In this document: piece after piece, positions 29,527 through 37,959 of the stretch | How positions within the stretch are numbered: the stretch's first letter is position 1 | Layout of the letters: each line of letters starts with the position of its first letter | Assembly: GCA_028818855.1 (NCBI GenBank) | Contig: JAPPMY010000259.1 | Coordinates: 6,299 to 70,298 of the forward strand | DNA length: 64,000 nucleotides | Source of the DNA: Rhodospirillales bacterium | GTDB lineage: Bacteria > Pseudomonadota > Alphaproteobacteria > UBA828 | Direction of reading: 5' to 3' | The notes under the pieces: generated by a model | Told to the model about the DNA's origin: nothing | Database searches by the model: none | What the model saw: only the letters and a program-made list of their open reading frames with translations | Translations under genes and position numbers: made by a program

Positions 29527-30539
29527 GCCGCCCTCAGCTTGGGGTTGAGGATCACGTAGCTCACGTCGACGACCAGGTTCGTCACCAGAACGGCGATGCA
29601 ATAGGTCAGCGCAACGCCCTGAATGACCGGAAAGTCCGTGTTGCGGATCGCCTTGACCATGAGGTTCCCGATTCCGGGATAGGCGAAGATGATCTCGACT
29701 AGGAGCGTGCCGCCGAAGAGAAAGCCGAACTGCACGCCGACCAGGGTGAGCGTCGGCAGCACCGCGTTCTTGAGCGCGTGACGCAGCAGGATGCGGCCTT
29801 CGCCCACGCCGCGCAGCCGCGCGAGCTGGATGTAGTCCTCGTTGATCACATCCATCAGGCTCGAGCGGAGCACCCGCATGATCAGCGGCGAGAACGCAAG
29901 CGCGAGGGCGAGGCCCGGCAGGAGGATGTGCTCGAGCGCGCTCAGGAAGAGATCTCCCTGGGCCGTGATGATGGCGTCGATGAAGACGAATCCGGTGATG
30001 TCCGGCAGCGCGAAGCCCGGCGCCACGCGGCCGGAGAAGGGCAGAACGGCCCAGCCGACGCCGAAGGCGAGGATCAGGAACAGTGCCCACAGGAAGTCCG
30101 GGATCGACAGCATGGCGATGCTGGTGAGGTCGGCCGCAGCCTCGCGCCGGGTGCCCCGCAGGCGGAACATGACGAGGCCGCCGCCGAAGCCGATGATGAG
30201 CGAGAGCACGAGCGCGAAGAGCGCAAGCTCGATGGTCGCCGGCAGGGTCTCGCCGATCAGGTTCATCACCGTGTCGCGCAGTCCGATGCCGTGCCCGAGG
30301 TCGCCCTGCACCGCGCGCTCGAGCCAGACCACGTATTGTTCGACGATGCCGCCGTCGAGCCCGTGATAGGCCCGCAGCTCGGCCACGTCCGCCGGCGTCG
30401 CGTTGGGCGGGATCACCAGCGCCAGCGGATCGGCGGGGAGGAGCCGGAGGATCACGAAGACCATCACCGAGACGATCAGGAGCATCGGCACCAGAACCGC
30501 GAGGCGGCGGACCAGGATGCCGAGGATCAGCCGCAGCAC
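29523..30539 (-). CDS. Peptide/nickel ABC transporter permease (DppB-type)
   Basis: PADP, PATIEL, DYIQLARLRG, HALKNA, VEIIFAYPGIG, DFPVIQG. Confidence 0.93.
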   Translation of the reverse strand: MLRLILGILVRRLAVLVPMLLIVSVMVFVILRLLPADPLALVIPPNATPADVAELRAYHGLDGGIVEQYVVWLERAVQGDLGHGIGLRDTVMNLIGETLPATIELALFALVLSLIIGFGGGLVMFRLRGTRREAAADLTSIAMLSIPDFLWALFLILAFGVGWAVLPFSGRVAPGFALPDITGFVFIDAIITAQGDLFLSALEHILLPGLALALAFSPLIMRVLRSSLMDVINEDYIQLARLRGVGEGRILLRHALKNAVLPTLTLVGVQFGFLFGGTLLVEIIFAYPGIGNLMVKAIRNTDFPVIQGVALTYCIAVLVTNLVVDVSYVILNPKLRAA

Positions 30540-30815
30540 GCGTCGGGCTCTGGAGGAATTGCGGACACCGGGGCGGGCGCCGTAAGTCGCGGCCCCATCC
30601 TCTCCGGCTGTCGCAGGATCACGTCGGTCATCACCGCCGCGGAGGGTATCGCGCCCGGACGAGGTGCGGAAATCCCTAAAGGAGCGGAGCGTTCAGGACC
30701 GGCACCGGCGGCCAAGGTGGTCGCGCAACGCTACGGCGTGTGGTTTAGTACCGAAGGGATCGAACCGGCGTCTGCAGGCTCAGCGGGCGGTGGACGCGAG
30801 AGAGGGAGTAGAAAC

Positions 30816-32342
30816 ATGAATGCGCTGAAACGCCTTGCGGGCTGCGCGGCCGCAGCGGCCGCCGTTGGCCTGCTCGCGCTCGGCCTCGCCCAACCGGCTC
30901 AGGCCGACGACAAGGAACTCGTGATCGCCTATCACGCGGACCTTCCGAGCTGGGACCCCAGCCTCAACTTCCCGGAGGGCCAGGCGATCTTCAAGACGGT
31001 GTTCGACGCGCCGCTCATGCAGGAGCGCTCGCTCAAGATCATCCCGCACGCGATCTCGGCGTGGGAGTACGTCGGCGGCGATCCGCTGACCCTGCGGCTG
31101 AACTTCCGCGACGACATCACCTTCCACAATGGCGACAAGCTGACCGCCGAGGACTTCAAGTTCAGCTTCCAGGAGCGCGTCGCCAGCGAGACGCTCGACT
31201 TCGGCGGCATCTGGGCCGGCTACATCAAGGATATTGAGATCGTCTCGCCGACCGAGGCAATCGTGCATTTCAACGCGCCGATGCCGACCGCCCTCGAATG
31301 GTGGGCCTTCCTCGGCAGCTACATCCTGCCGAAGAAGTACTACATGGAGGTCGGGCGCGACGGGTTCCTGAAGAACCCGGTGGGCTCGGGCCCCTACAGG
31401 TTCGTGGACTATCAGCGCGGCTCGCGCATCGTGCTGGAGGCGTATGACGGCTACTGGGGCGGCGCGCCGGCGATCAAGCGCGTCACGTACGAGATCCTGC
31501 CCGATGCGCCGGCTCGCGTGGCCGCCGTGCAGTCCGGCCGGGCCGACGTCGCCACCAACATCCCGATCCGCGAGGCGCTCCGGCTCGACGGAGAGGAAGG
31601 GCTGACCGGCAAGGCCTTCCCCGTCACCCGGGTCTTCTACCTGCAGATCGCGAACAAGAACGAGATGAACAACGCCGACATCCGTGCGGCCATGCACCAC
31701 GCGATCGACAAGAAGGCCATCTCGGAGCGGCTCTACAGCGGCAAGACACCGCCGCTTGCGCTCACCGTGCCGCAGTACTCGCCGGGTCACGTCGAGGACT
31801 ACTGGTTCCCCTACGACCCCGACAAGGCGATCGAGCTGCTCGCCAAGCACGGCTACGGACCGGACAACCCGGTCACGTTCCAGTTCATGACCTCCAACGG
31901 CGCCTTTGCCAACGACTTCGAGATGGCGCGCGCCATCTCCGGCATGTGGAAGCGGGTCGGCATCGACGCGCCGCCCGAGGTGATCGAGCTATCGAAGTAC
32001 TACGAGCTCAACAACACCGAGAGCCAGCCCGAGGTGTTCCTCTACAGCTGGGACAACTCGACCGGCGATCCGGAGATCTTCACCGGCTACATGTTCCACG
32101 GCGATTTCCCGTTCGGCTCGTGGCGCGAAGAGAAGATCACAGCCTGGCTGCGCGACCTCTTCACGATGGCCGACTACGACAAGCGGATCCAGCAGTACAA
32201 GGAGCTGAACGTCCACGTGTCGGAGGAGTCCAAGGCCATCCCGCTGGTGCAGTCGGCCATGTCGGTCGCGCACAAGGACGACGTGGTGTTCGATCCCTTC
32301 CCGCAAGGCTGGGTGATGCCGTACTTCATGGACCGCATGTAG
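30816..32342 (+). CDS. Peptide/nickel ABC transporter substrate-binding protein (family 5)
   Basis: Signal peptide ending AQA-D; RDDITFHNG..LTAED, PVGSGPYRF; GGGAG RBS. Confidence 0.92.
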   Translation: MNALKRLAGCAAAAAAVGLLALGLAQPAQADDKELVIAYHADLPSWDPSLNFPEGQAIFKTVFDAPLMQERSLKIIPHAISAWEYVGGDPLTLRLNFRDDITFHNGDKLTAEDFKFSFQERVASETLDFGGIWAGYIKDIEIVSPTEAIVHFNAPMPTALEWWAFLGSYILPKKYYMEVGRDGFLKNPVGSGPYRFVDYQRGSRIVLEAYDGYWGGAPAIKRVTYEILPDAPARVAAVQSGRADVATNIPIREALRLDGEEGLTGKAFPVTRVFYLQIANKNEMNNADIRAAMHHAIDKKAISERLYSGKTPPLALTVPQYSPGHVEDYWFPYDPDKAIELLAKHGYGPDNPVTFQFMTSNGAFANDFEMARAISGMWKRVGIDAPPEVIELSKYYELNNTESQPEVFLYSWDNSTGDPEIFTGYMFHGDFPFGSWREEKITAWLRDLFTMADYDKRIQQYKELNVHVSEESKAIPLVQSAMSVAHKDDVVFDPFPQGWVMPYFMDRM

Positions 32343-32461
32343 CGCCGGGGGATCGGCCGACGGAGACCGGCCGGCGCGCGAGCCGGCCGGCTTCCGCCGG
32401 CGCCGATCCGAGGGCGGCACGATACCGAACACCGGCACAACGGCAGAGACGGGGTGAGCGC

Positions 32462-33658
32462 ATGGCGGAGACGGAGCTTCGCTGGGCGACGCAGTTCCCG
32501 GAGCTGGGCATGGATCCGGTGCCCATCGACTCCTGCATTTCGCCCGACATCTTCGCGCTGGAGATCGAGCGGATTTACCGCAAGGTCTGGCTCTGCGTGG
32601 GGCGGGACGAGGAGCTGCCAAACCCCGGCGACTGGAAGGTCAAGAAGCTCCACTGCCTGAAGACCTCGGTGATCCTCGTGCGCGGCAGGGACGGCGTGGT
32701 GCGCGGCTTTCACAACAGCTGCTCGCACCGCGGCAACACGGTGATCACCGAAACCGGCGACGAGACCTTCGGGTCGAGCAAGGCCGCAGTCATGGCGTGC
32801 CGCTTCCACGGCTGGGTGTACGACACCACGGGCCAGGTGGTGCACGTGCCCGAAGAGGAGCGCTTCGGGCCCTGCTTCGACAGGGCGGCCAACGGACTGA
32901 CAGCCGTGGCCACCGACGTCTGGGAGGGCTTCGTGTTCGTCAATCTGCAGCCCGAGCCCAGCCAGTCGCTCGACGAGTTTCTCGGCGACTACGGCGGGCA
33001 TTTCGCGGGCTTTCCCTATGCCGAACTCGACCACAGCTTCAACTACTACACCTACCTCGACTGCAACTGGAAAATCGGGGTCGACTCCTTCTCCGAGGCC
33101 TATCACGTCCACACGATCCACGCGGGGTCATTCCCCAACGTGTTCTCGTCGGGCCTTTCGGACGTGAAGCTCTTCGGCCCGCATCGGACCTGCGGCGTCT
33201 GCCTCTCGCTCGACGCCGAGCCCACTCCGGTGGCCGGCGTCGCCAATGCCCGGGCTCGGGGCTCGCTCGTCGCCAAGGCAGACGCCTCGATGCTGCCGCC
33301 CACGATCAACCCGTCCGCGCGGGAGGACTTCGCCTTCGAGCTGAGCGTGCTGTTCCCCAACTTCCTGCTGCACGTCTCCGAGGGGATCTGGTTCACCCAC
33401 CAGTTCTGGCCGGTGGACTACAACCGGACGATCTGGGAAGGGCGCTACTACGTGCGCGCGCCGGAAACCAACGGCCAGCGCTGGGCGCTGGAGCACGCGC
33501 AGGTTCTGCAGCGCAACGCCTGGCTGGAAGACACGCAGACGATGGAGAACACCCAGCGCTCGCTCGAATCCGGCGCCAAGCGCTGCATCAACCTCCAGGA
33601 CGAGGAGGTGCTGATCCGGCACAGCTACAGTGTCGTGGACCGGTATCTCGGCGCCTGA
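32462..33658 (+). CDS. Rieske non-heme iron oxygenase alpha subunit (paralogue 2)
   Basis: CSH-X23-CRFH; NWK...EAYHVHTIH; WLED; collinear with 23182..24384. Confidence 0.93.
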   Translation: MAETELRWATQFPELGMDPVPIDSCISPDIFALEIERIYRKVWLCVGRDEELPNPGDWKVKKLHCLKTSVILVRGRDGVVRGFHNSCSHRGNTVITETGDETFGSSKAAVMACRFHGWVYDTTGQVVHVPEEERFGPCFDRAANGLTAVATDVWEGFVFVNLQPEPSQSLDEFLGDYGGHFAGFPYAELDHSFNYYTYLDCNWKIGVDSFSEAYHVHTIHAGSFPNVFSSGLSDVKLFGPHRTCGVCLSLDAEPTPVAGVANARARGSLVAKADASMLPPTINPSAREDFAFELSVLFPNFLLHVSEGIWFTHQFWPVDYNRTIWEGRYYVRAPETNGQRWALEHAQVLQRNAWLEDTQTMENTQRSLESGAKRCINLQDEEVLIRHSYSVVDRYLGA

Positions 33659-33671
33659 GCGGAGCCCGGCG

Positions 33672-34013
33672 ATGAGCGCAAGCCTGCCCAAGCAATTCGT
33701 GGATCTCGAATACCTCGTGCCGGAATGGGCGCTGGCGACGCAGAACGAGCGCCAAGTGCGCCGCGCGCGGTCGACCAAGGGCGAGTTGCAGGCCTACTAC
33801 GACGCGCTCGCGCCCAATCTCGACGCGATCCTCGAGCATGTCGACCGGTTTCCTCTCGGCGAGATGCCGCCGGATACGGAGCGGCTGTTCTTTCTCGCGC
33901 TGATGCTGGCGGAGATTTCGCCTCACGTGGAGCTTTACGGCGGCGATCCCAATGTACCGCACAGCTTCGACGAGACCCGCTTCGTCGCGGTCCACGGCGA
34001 CAAGCGCGGCTGA
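33672..34013 (+). CDS. Hypothetical protein (113 aa) within the Rieske oxygenase operon
   Basis: GGAG RBS; TGATG coupling to the ferredoxin; protein-like composition (WAL...ER..RR....ELQAYYDA). Confidence 0.8.
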   Translation: MSASLPKQFVDLEYLVPEWALATQNERQVRRARSTKGELQAYYDALAPNLDAILEHVDRFPLGEMPPDTERLFFLALMLAEISPHVELYGGDPNVPHSFDETRFVAVHGDKRG

Positions 34014-34327
34014 TGGCGAAGGTCCTGCTTTGCCGCGTCGGCGACCTGCCGAGCGGTGAAATCCTGCGGGTCGAGAGCGACGGCCTGCCGCCGGTCGCCG
34101 TCTTCAACCTCGATGGCGCCTATTTCGCCATCGACGATACCTGCTCGCACGGCCAGGCCTCGCTCGCCGACGGCGAGATCGACGGCGACCTCGTCGAATG
34201 CCCCTTCCACGGCGGCTGCTTCGAGATCAGGACCGGCCTCCCGGCCGGGGCGCCCTGCACCGAGCCCGTCGCACGCTACGACCTCGTCGTCGAGGACGAT
34301 GCGGTCTACGCGCTCGTCCAGCCCTGA
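34013..34327 (+). CDS. Rieske-type [2Fe-2S] ferredoxin
   Basis: DTCSHGQASL, VECPFHGGCF; 104 aa. Confidence 0.93.
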   Translation: MAKVLLCRVGDLPSGEILRVESDGLPPVAVFNLDGAYFAIDDTCSHGQASLADGEIDGDLVECPFHGGCFEIRTGLPAGAPCTEPVARYDLVVEDDAVYALVQP

Positions 34328-34339
34328 ACGGCACGTCCG

Positions 34340-34663
34340 ATGGGCGACGCGGGCTTCCGGATCACCGTTGAAGGCGGTGACGCGCCGTTTCCCTGTCCGG
34401 CCCAGGAACGTGTGCTGCTCGCGATGGAGAGGCAGGGGCGCAGGTGCCTGCCGGTCGGCTGCAGGGGCGGGGGCTGCGGCGTCTGCCGGGTCCGCGTGAC
34501 GAGCGGGCGCTACCGCACCGGCAGGATGAGCCGCGCCCACGTCAGCGCGGGGGACGAGGCCGCGGGTTTCGCGCTCGCCTGCCAGCTTGTTCCGAAATCC
34601 GATCTTTCCCTGAGGCGTGCCGCTCAGGCAGACAACGACGGGAGGAAGAGACCATGGCAATGA
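34340..34663 (+). CDS. xylT: XylT-type plant-like [2Fe-2S] ferredoxin (catechol 2,3-dioxygenase reactivator)
   Basis: VGCRGGGCGVCRV, MSRAHVS, ALAC; immediately upstream of the C23O gene. Confidence 0.88.
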   Translation: MGDAGFRITVEGGDAPFPCPAQERVLLAMERQGRRCLPVGCRGGGCGVCRVRVTSGRYRTGRMSRAHVSAGDEAAGFALACQLVPKSDLSLRRAAQADNDGRKRPWQ

Positions 34664-35580
34664 CCGGCGTGCTGCGCGCGGGCTTCGTGCAGCTCCGCGT
34701 GCTCGATCTGGAGCAGGCGCTTGTCCACTACGACCGGCGGATCGGGCTCGATGTGGTCGAGAAGGCCCCGGACGGGCGGGTCTATCTCAAGTGCGCCGAC
34801 GAGTTCGACCGGCACAGCGTCGTGCTGCGCGAGGCCGACCGGCCGGGCATGGACGTCTTTGCCTTCAAGGTCGCCGGAGACGCCGATCTCGACGGCTTCG
34901 CAGAGCGGATCGCGGCAAGCGGCACCGCCGTCGACGAGGTCGCCGCAGGCGAGCAGCCCGGCGTCGGCCGGCGCATCGGCTTCGCGATCCCGAGCGGGCA
35001 CCGTATCGAGCTTTACGCGGACATGGCGCTCTCGGGCTCCGCGCCGCCCACCGAGAACCCCGACATCTGGTGGAACGATCCCCGGGGCATGCGCGCTCGC
35101 AGCTTCGACCACTGCCTGCTCTACGGACCCAGCATCCCCGAGACGGCGGACTTCTTCACCGATGTGCTCGACTTCTCGGTGACGGAGAAGGTGGTCGCTC
35201 CCGACGGCGGGCCGACCATCGCCGCCTTCCTCACCTGCAGCAACAAGGCCCACGAGGTCGCCTTCGTCGATCACGAGAGGCCGGGCATGTTCCACCACGC
35301 CTCGTTCCTGCTCGACTCCTGGCACGACGTGGGGCACGCGGCCGACGTCATCGCCCGCTACGACATCTCGCGCGACATCGGCCCGACGCGGCACGGCATC
35401 ACCATGGGCCAGACCATCTACTTCTTCGACCCGTCCGGGAACAGGAACGAGGTGTTCTGCGGCGGCCACCGCTTCTACCCGGATCACCCGACCCGCGTAT
35501 GGACCGCCGATCAGCTCGGCAAGGGCATCTTCTACTACGAGAAGGAGCTCAACGACCGTTTCCTCGGCGTCGTGACCTGA
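34654..35580 (+). CDS. xylE: Catechol 2,3-dioxygenase (type I extradiol)
   Basis: MAMTGVLR, FDHCLLYG, FHHASF, IGPTRHGIT, TIYFFDPSGNRNEVF. Confidence 0.95.
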   Translation: MAMTGVLRAGFVQLRVLDLEQALVHYDRRIGLDVVEKAPDGRVYLKCADEFDRHSVVLREADRPGMDVFAFKVAGDADLDGFAERIAASGTAVDEVAAGEQPGVGRRIGFAIPSGHRIELYADMALSGSAPPTENPDIWWNDPRGMRARSFDHCLLYGPSIPETADFFTDVLDFSVTEKVVAPDGGPTIAAFLTCSNKAHEVAFVDHERPGMFHHASFLLDSWHDVGHAADVIARYDISRDIGPTRHGITMGQTIYFFDPSGNRNEVFCGGHRFYPDHPTRVWTADQLGKGIFYYEKELNDRFLGVVT

Positions 35581-35619
35581 CGCCGAGGCGCCAGCCCGAC
35601 CGGAGCCGGAGGCCAGACC

Positions 35620-36435
35620 ATGCCGCTGCTGGAGCGCCCCGAGGGGGACATCCACTACGAAGTCTGCGACATCGTGGCCCCCTGGGCGGAGCCGCGCGAG
35701 ACCATCCTCTTCCTCCACGGGCTCGCCATCGATTCCGACATCTGGGTCACCTGGCTGCCCGCGCTTGCGGACCGCTACCGGATCGTGCGGATGGACCTGC
35801 GCGGCTTCGGGCGCTCCTTCGTCCCGGCAGAGGGGGCGGCGTGGTCGATGGAGGCGCTGGCGGGCGACGTTCGCGACGTGCTCGCGGCGCTGGAGACGGA
35901 GCGGGTGCACTTCGTCGGCGAATCGACCGGCGGCACCGTCGGCCTCCATCTGGCGGCGCATCATCCCGCGTGCCTGCTGAGCCTTACCATGGTCACGGCG
36001 GCGCACCGGGGCGGCACGATCGGCCGGTCGCGGGCGCTGAGGGACGACGTGCGGAAGCTGGGGATGGACGACTGGTCGGCGAAGCTCATGCCCCTTCGCT
36101 TCCTCGCGGGCTGCCTGAGCCCCGCGATGGAGCGCTGGTTCCACGACACGCAGCGTGCATCGGCGCCGCACGCCTGCGTCGACCTCGTCGACATGCTGGT
36201 GCAGGTGGACCTGACGGAGGCGCTGGGTGCGATCCACGTGCCGACCCTCCTGATCGCGCCCGACGACAGCCCCTTCGTCCCGCTCGAGACGCAGGTGGAG
36301 CGGCTCCGCGCCATGCCCGATTGCGCGATGCACGTCGTCGCCGGCGCCCGCCACGGCGTCGCCTATTCGCACGGGCCGGAATGCGCCGGCGCTCTCAGAG
36401 AATTCCTGGAACGGCGCGGTCCGTCGGGTCCGTGA
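35620..36435 (+). CDS. Alpha/beta fold hydrolase
   Basis: FLHG, DLRGFGRS, nucleophile GESTGG, GARH. Confidence 0.9.
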   Translation: MPLLERPEGDIHYEVCDIVAPWAEPRETILFLHGLAIDSDIWVTWLPALADRYRIVRMDLRGFGRSFVPAEGAAWSMEALAGDVRDVLAALETERVHFVGESTGGTVGLHLAAHHPACLLSLTMVTAAHRGGTIGRSRALRDDVRKLGMDDWSAKLMPLRFLAGCLSPAMERWFHDTQRASAPHACVDLVDMLVQVDLTEALGAIHVPTLLIAPDDSPFVPLETQVERLRAMPDCAMHVVAGARHGVAYSHGPECAGALREFLERRGPSGP

Positions 36436-36546
36436 GTTTCTGCCAATTCGCCTTTGAGCCCGCTCGTGCAGCGGCGGGGGCGATCCTCGTGCTGCGGGCT
36501 CGCGATTATCCCTGTTGCACTTGAGACCCTACGGGCTTGCGTGACG

Positions 36547-36575
36547 TTGACCGCCCGCTGCCGGCTGGTCATAAC
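36547..36575 (+). promoter_or_regulatory. Putative sigma70 promoter for the GST pair
   Basis: TTGACC-N17-CATAAC about 50 nt upstream of ATG 36623. Confidence 0.45.
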
Positions 36576-36622
36576 GGGGTCGGGCCGCTCGCCGGCCCGA
36601 CGCGGCGAGGGGGAAGGGCGCC

Positions 36623-37318
36623 ATGATCGATCTCTACTACTGGCCGACGCCGAACGGATGGAAGCTCACCATCCTCTTCGAAGAGCTCGGCGTGCCGTAC
36701 AACGTGATTCCCGTGGACATCAACAAGGGCGAGCAGTTCGAGGCCGACTTCCTCACCATCGCGCCCAACAACCGGATGCCCGCGGTGGTCGATTCCGATG
36801 GCGCGGACGGCAAGCCGCTCTCGCTCTTCGAATCCGGCGCCATCATGCTGCACTACGCCGACAAGCACGGCCGCTTCATCCCCGCCGACGAGCGCGGCCG
36901 GGCCGAGGTGCTGCAGTGGCTCTTCTTCCAGATGGGCAACGTCGGGCCGATGCTGGGCCAGTGCCATCACTTCCGCAACTACGCGCCGGAGAAACTGCCC
37001 TATGCCATCGACCGCTACGTCAACGAGACGGGCCGCCTCTACCGCGTGGTGAACAAGCGGCTTGCGGACCGTGACTGGGTCGCCGGCGAGTACTCCATCG
37101 CCGACATGGCGATCTTCCCCTGGATGCGGCTCTGGGAGAACCAGGGGCAGGACATCGCCGACTATCCCAACCTCGCGAAGTGGCTGGACCGCAACAACGC
37201 GCGGCCCGCGGTGGAGCGCGGCCTCGCCGTGATGTCCGACCAAATTCGCAAGAAGCCCGAGTTCACCGAGGAAGAGCGCTCGATCATGTTCGGCGCCAAG
37301 CAGTTCGAGGCCCGCTAG
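36623..37318 (+). CDS. Glutathione S-transferase, Nu class (YfcG/YghU-like)
   Basis: MIDLYYWPTPNG, PNNRMPA, FESGAI, YAIDRY, YSIADMA. Confidence 0.93.
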   Translation: MIDLYYWPTPNGWKLTILFEELGVPYNVIPVDINKGEQFEADFLTIAPNNRMPAVVDSDGADGKPLSLFESGAIMLHYADKHGRFIPADERGRAEVLQWLFFQMGNVGPMLGQCHHFRNYAPEKLPYAIDRYVNETGRLYRVVNKRLADRDWVAGEYSIADMAIFPWMRLWENQGQDIADYPNLAKWLDRNNARPAVERGLAVMSDQIRKKPEFTEEERSIMFGAKQFEAR

Positions 37319-37329
37319 GGAGAGACGCG

Positions 37330-37944
37330 ATGATCGACCTCTACACCTGGGGCACGCCCAACGGCGTCAAGGCCTCCATCATGCTGGAGGAGGTGGCGCT
37401 CCCCTACCGGGTGCATCCCGTCAACATCGGGGCGGACGAGCAGTTCGAGCCGGCCTTCCTCAAGATCAGCCCCAACAACAAGATCCCGGCCATCGTCGAT
37501 TCCGACGGGCCGGGGGGCGAGCCCATCTCGCTCTTCGAATCGGGCGCGATCCTGCTCTACCTCGCGGACAAGACCGGCCGGCTGATTCCGGCGGACGCGC
37601 GCGGGCGCTGGCGGGTGATGGAGTGGCTGATGTTCCAGATGGGGGGCGTCGGCCCGATGTTCGGCCAGGCCAACCACTTCCGGCGCTTCGCCAAGGAAGA
37701 GGTGCCCTACGCCATCGAGCGCTACACCACCGAGGCGCACCGGCTCTACGGCGTGATGGAGCGGAGGCTGGCAGAGCGCGACTTCCTCGCCGGCGACTAC
37801 TCCATCGCGGACATCGCCTGCTTCGGCTGGGTCAGGCGGTGGGAGTGGCATGGCATCGACTGGGCCGACTACCCGAACCTGCACCGCTGGTTCGAGGCCA
37901 TCGGCGAGCGGCCCGCGGTGCAGCGGGGCATCAAGGTCCCGTAA
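37330..37944 (+). CDS. Glutathione S-transferase, Nu class (YfcG-like)
   Basis: MIDLYTWGTPNG, SPNNKIPA, FESGAI, YSIADIA, RPAVQRG. Confidence 0.93.
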   Translation: MIDLYTWGTPNGVKASIMLEEVALPYRVHPVNIGADEQFEPAFLKISPNNKIPAIVDSDGPGGEPISLFESGAILLYLADKTGRLIPADARGRWRVMEWLMFQMGGVGPMFGQANHFRRFAKEEVPYAIERYTTEAHRLYGVMERRLAERDFLAGDYSIADIACFGWVRRWEWHGIDWADYPNLHRWFEAIGERPAVQRGIKVP

Positions 37945-37959
37945 GCCCGGCCCCCCGGC

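Noticed and set aside
29778-30815. Apparent 346-aa N-terminal extension of the SBP (854-aa ORF)
   Set aside because: It overlaps dppB antisense; the true start at 30816 has an RBS and a signal peptide
30540-30815. Glycine-riboswitch-like fragments (CTCTGGAG, ACCGAAGG, CAGG) in the spacer
   Set aside because: Order and spacing do not fit the aptamer, and the CTCTCAGG core is absent
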